Origin: Eledone cirrhosa
Taxonomy: Eukaryota
NCBI GenBank assembly: GCA_964016885.1
Contig: OZ024755.1
Location: forward strand, 6,572,001-6,636,000
Direction of reading: 5' to 3'
Length of the DNA: 64,000 nucleotides
Below are positions 62,328-64,000 of the stretch, piece by piece. The notes below the pieces were generated by a model that searched no databases, had not been told where the DNA came from, and was given only the letters and a program-made list of their open reading frames with translations. The stretch's first letter is position 1. Each line of letters starts with the position of its first letter. Made by a program: the position numbers and the translations under genes.

Positions 62328-62659
62328 ATTTGCGGGCGCTGCACACATTCACACATACACCAATTGTGAAAGGTAAACAGTATGGTTGTAGCACACATTT
62401 TTATTCTGCGGCTAACATTTAATTAGAGATGTAAACAGATCTTCTGTTCCCTTTAAAGCTTTGAAATAACCAGATTCCACATTTTTTCTGGTGAGGCTAC
62501 AAATGTGTTTTTAACACTTTCATGACCATATTTCTAATGGAAATCTCTGCCTATAATTTCAAATCATCTCGGAAAGAATAAAGGATTTGGAAGGTTTTAA
62601 TAATATAATTAACTTTCTCATTATTAAGTTGAATTATGTCGGGTTTTTAGCAGGATCTT

Positions 62660-62850
62660 TAGAACGTAGAGTAAAATGTTTAGAAGATTTTAGTTACAAC
62701 ACGTTACGTTCTGAGTTGAAATATCCTGGAAGTCAGCTTTGCTTTTTATCATTCCTGGGTCGATAAAATAAAGTACTAGTCAATCACTGGGTTGATATAA
62801 TTGACTTTCCCCTAACTCAAAATGTCCAGTCTTGTGCCAAAATTGGAAAA
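62660..62850 (+). mobile_element. Older related SINE
   Basis: Degenerate core tttgctttttatcattcctgggtcgataaaataaagtactag and tail cttgtgccaaaattggaaa. Confidence 0.65.
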
Positions 62851-63096
62851 AATGATTACGCTGATGTTTGGAAAATAATTTAACATACATGCACCTGATA
62901 GTCATATCTTATTGTCAGCCTCCAAGGAGGATGTGATAACTGCCCCGTAATCCTTCCCACGTAGCAATCAAACCGTCTTGACAGAGTTTATCAGTACTTC
63001 ATTGATTTGAGCACCATCTATATCTGATATATTTGGGCATTAGAGAATAAAAGCTAAGTGTACGAAGGTTTTCCCATTTTTCCCACCTTACACTCG

Positions 63097-63129
<33 letters not shown>

Positions 63130-63947
63130 CCCGTTTTTATTTCTGAGAGGAATTTCTTTACTGATGGTTTTTCTGCAAGGGGTTAATCGATTTAAGAAAT
63201 TTCATTTACTCAAACTAAATGATTACTAATATGTTTTTATTGAATCCTTGTTTTACATTACAGAAGAGTTGAAGACATTTTTGTTTTTTTAAAAAAACAC
63301 CTACAGCAACTTCCTACTTCCAGAGAAAATATTAATTGCTTTTTAGGCTAAAGTATGGTTGTGCGAAACATTTCATTATCGGAATTAACAGTTGGCCTGT
63401 CACGGTTGTTATTCAAGCATTAATATGTAGCTCCACAAATAATAAAGATGGTGAAGGAAGATTCATTTAGAAAGAGCATTATCATACTGTTAAGTTTATT
63501 TATAGATGTAACCATCTAATCTATGCTGGAATGCTGCCCTATGGATTAGTGTTTAAAACACGTGTTTCACATGTTGGTGGCAGAAATATTTTAGAGAGTA
63601 CACTTAGCTGTTGCTATTGGTAGGGCTGGAGTTGGTTAGAACATCGGATAAGAAGTTTCGTGATATTTGTTCCGGCTTTATGCATTCTGATTTCAAATCA
63701 TGCCGAGGTCAACTTTGTTTTTCAGTACTGGGGTCAATGATCTCTCTTTCTCTCTCTCTCTCTCCTCGCTCTCTCTCTCTCTATATATATATATATACTG
63801 AAGTAAAAGTTAAGTAGAAATGTCCAAGAGTAAGAACACTCAGTCCATAGGACGAATTTAGTGTATAAATAATTACAAAAATAACATAAACAGGTACACA
63901 AGTTTCGTTGGGTTCTGGGTCCCAATTTTAGAAAAAGTTTTCTCATG

Positions 63948-63997
63948 ACAGGCTGAAGAAATTGGGGCCCAGAACCCAACGAAACTTGAGTACCTGT
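63948..63997 (+). ncRNA. Type I hammerhead ribozyme
   Basis: acagg CUGAAGA aa-uuggg-gcccagaa-cccaa-c GAAA c uuga g UA^ ccugu; partial inverted copy at 63888-63929; element starts after (TA)n at ~63797 and runs off the window. Confidence 0.8.
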
Positions 63998-64000
63998 TTA

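Overview
AT-rich, microsatellite-saturated eukaryotic (animal) DNA. The SINE sequences and repeat style suggest an octopod cephalopod, but that is inference. No intact protein-coding gene is supported. Almost all supplied ORFs are translations of (TA)n/(CA)n/(GA)n or triplet repeats, and the few protein-like ones are decayed RTE-LINE or Helitron pieces. The window holds about 14 young copies of a tRNA-derived SINE, older SINEs, RTE fragments, a hAT-type and a piggyBac-type non-autonomous element, and several minisatellites. The main signal is a dense set of short non-coding elements lodged inside (TA)n tracts that carry type I hammerhead ribozyme (HHR) folds. By eye I find 7 complete canonical-core HHRs from 6 different sequence families, two repeated non-canonical core variants (CAGAAGA; UUGAAAA), one HHR with a 115-nt stem II, and several fold-back palindromes with HHRs or half-HHRs on both strands. 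This resembles Penelope-like/retrozyme retroelements targeting microsatellites. All folds were read manually; activity and novelty are untested.
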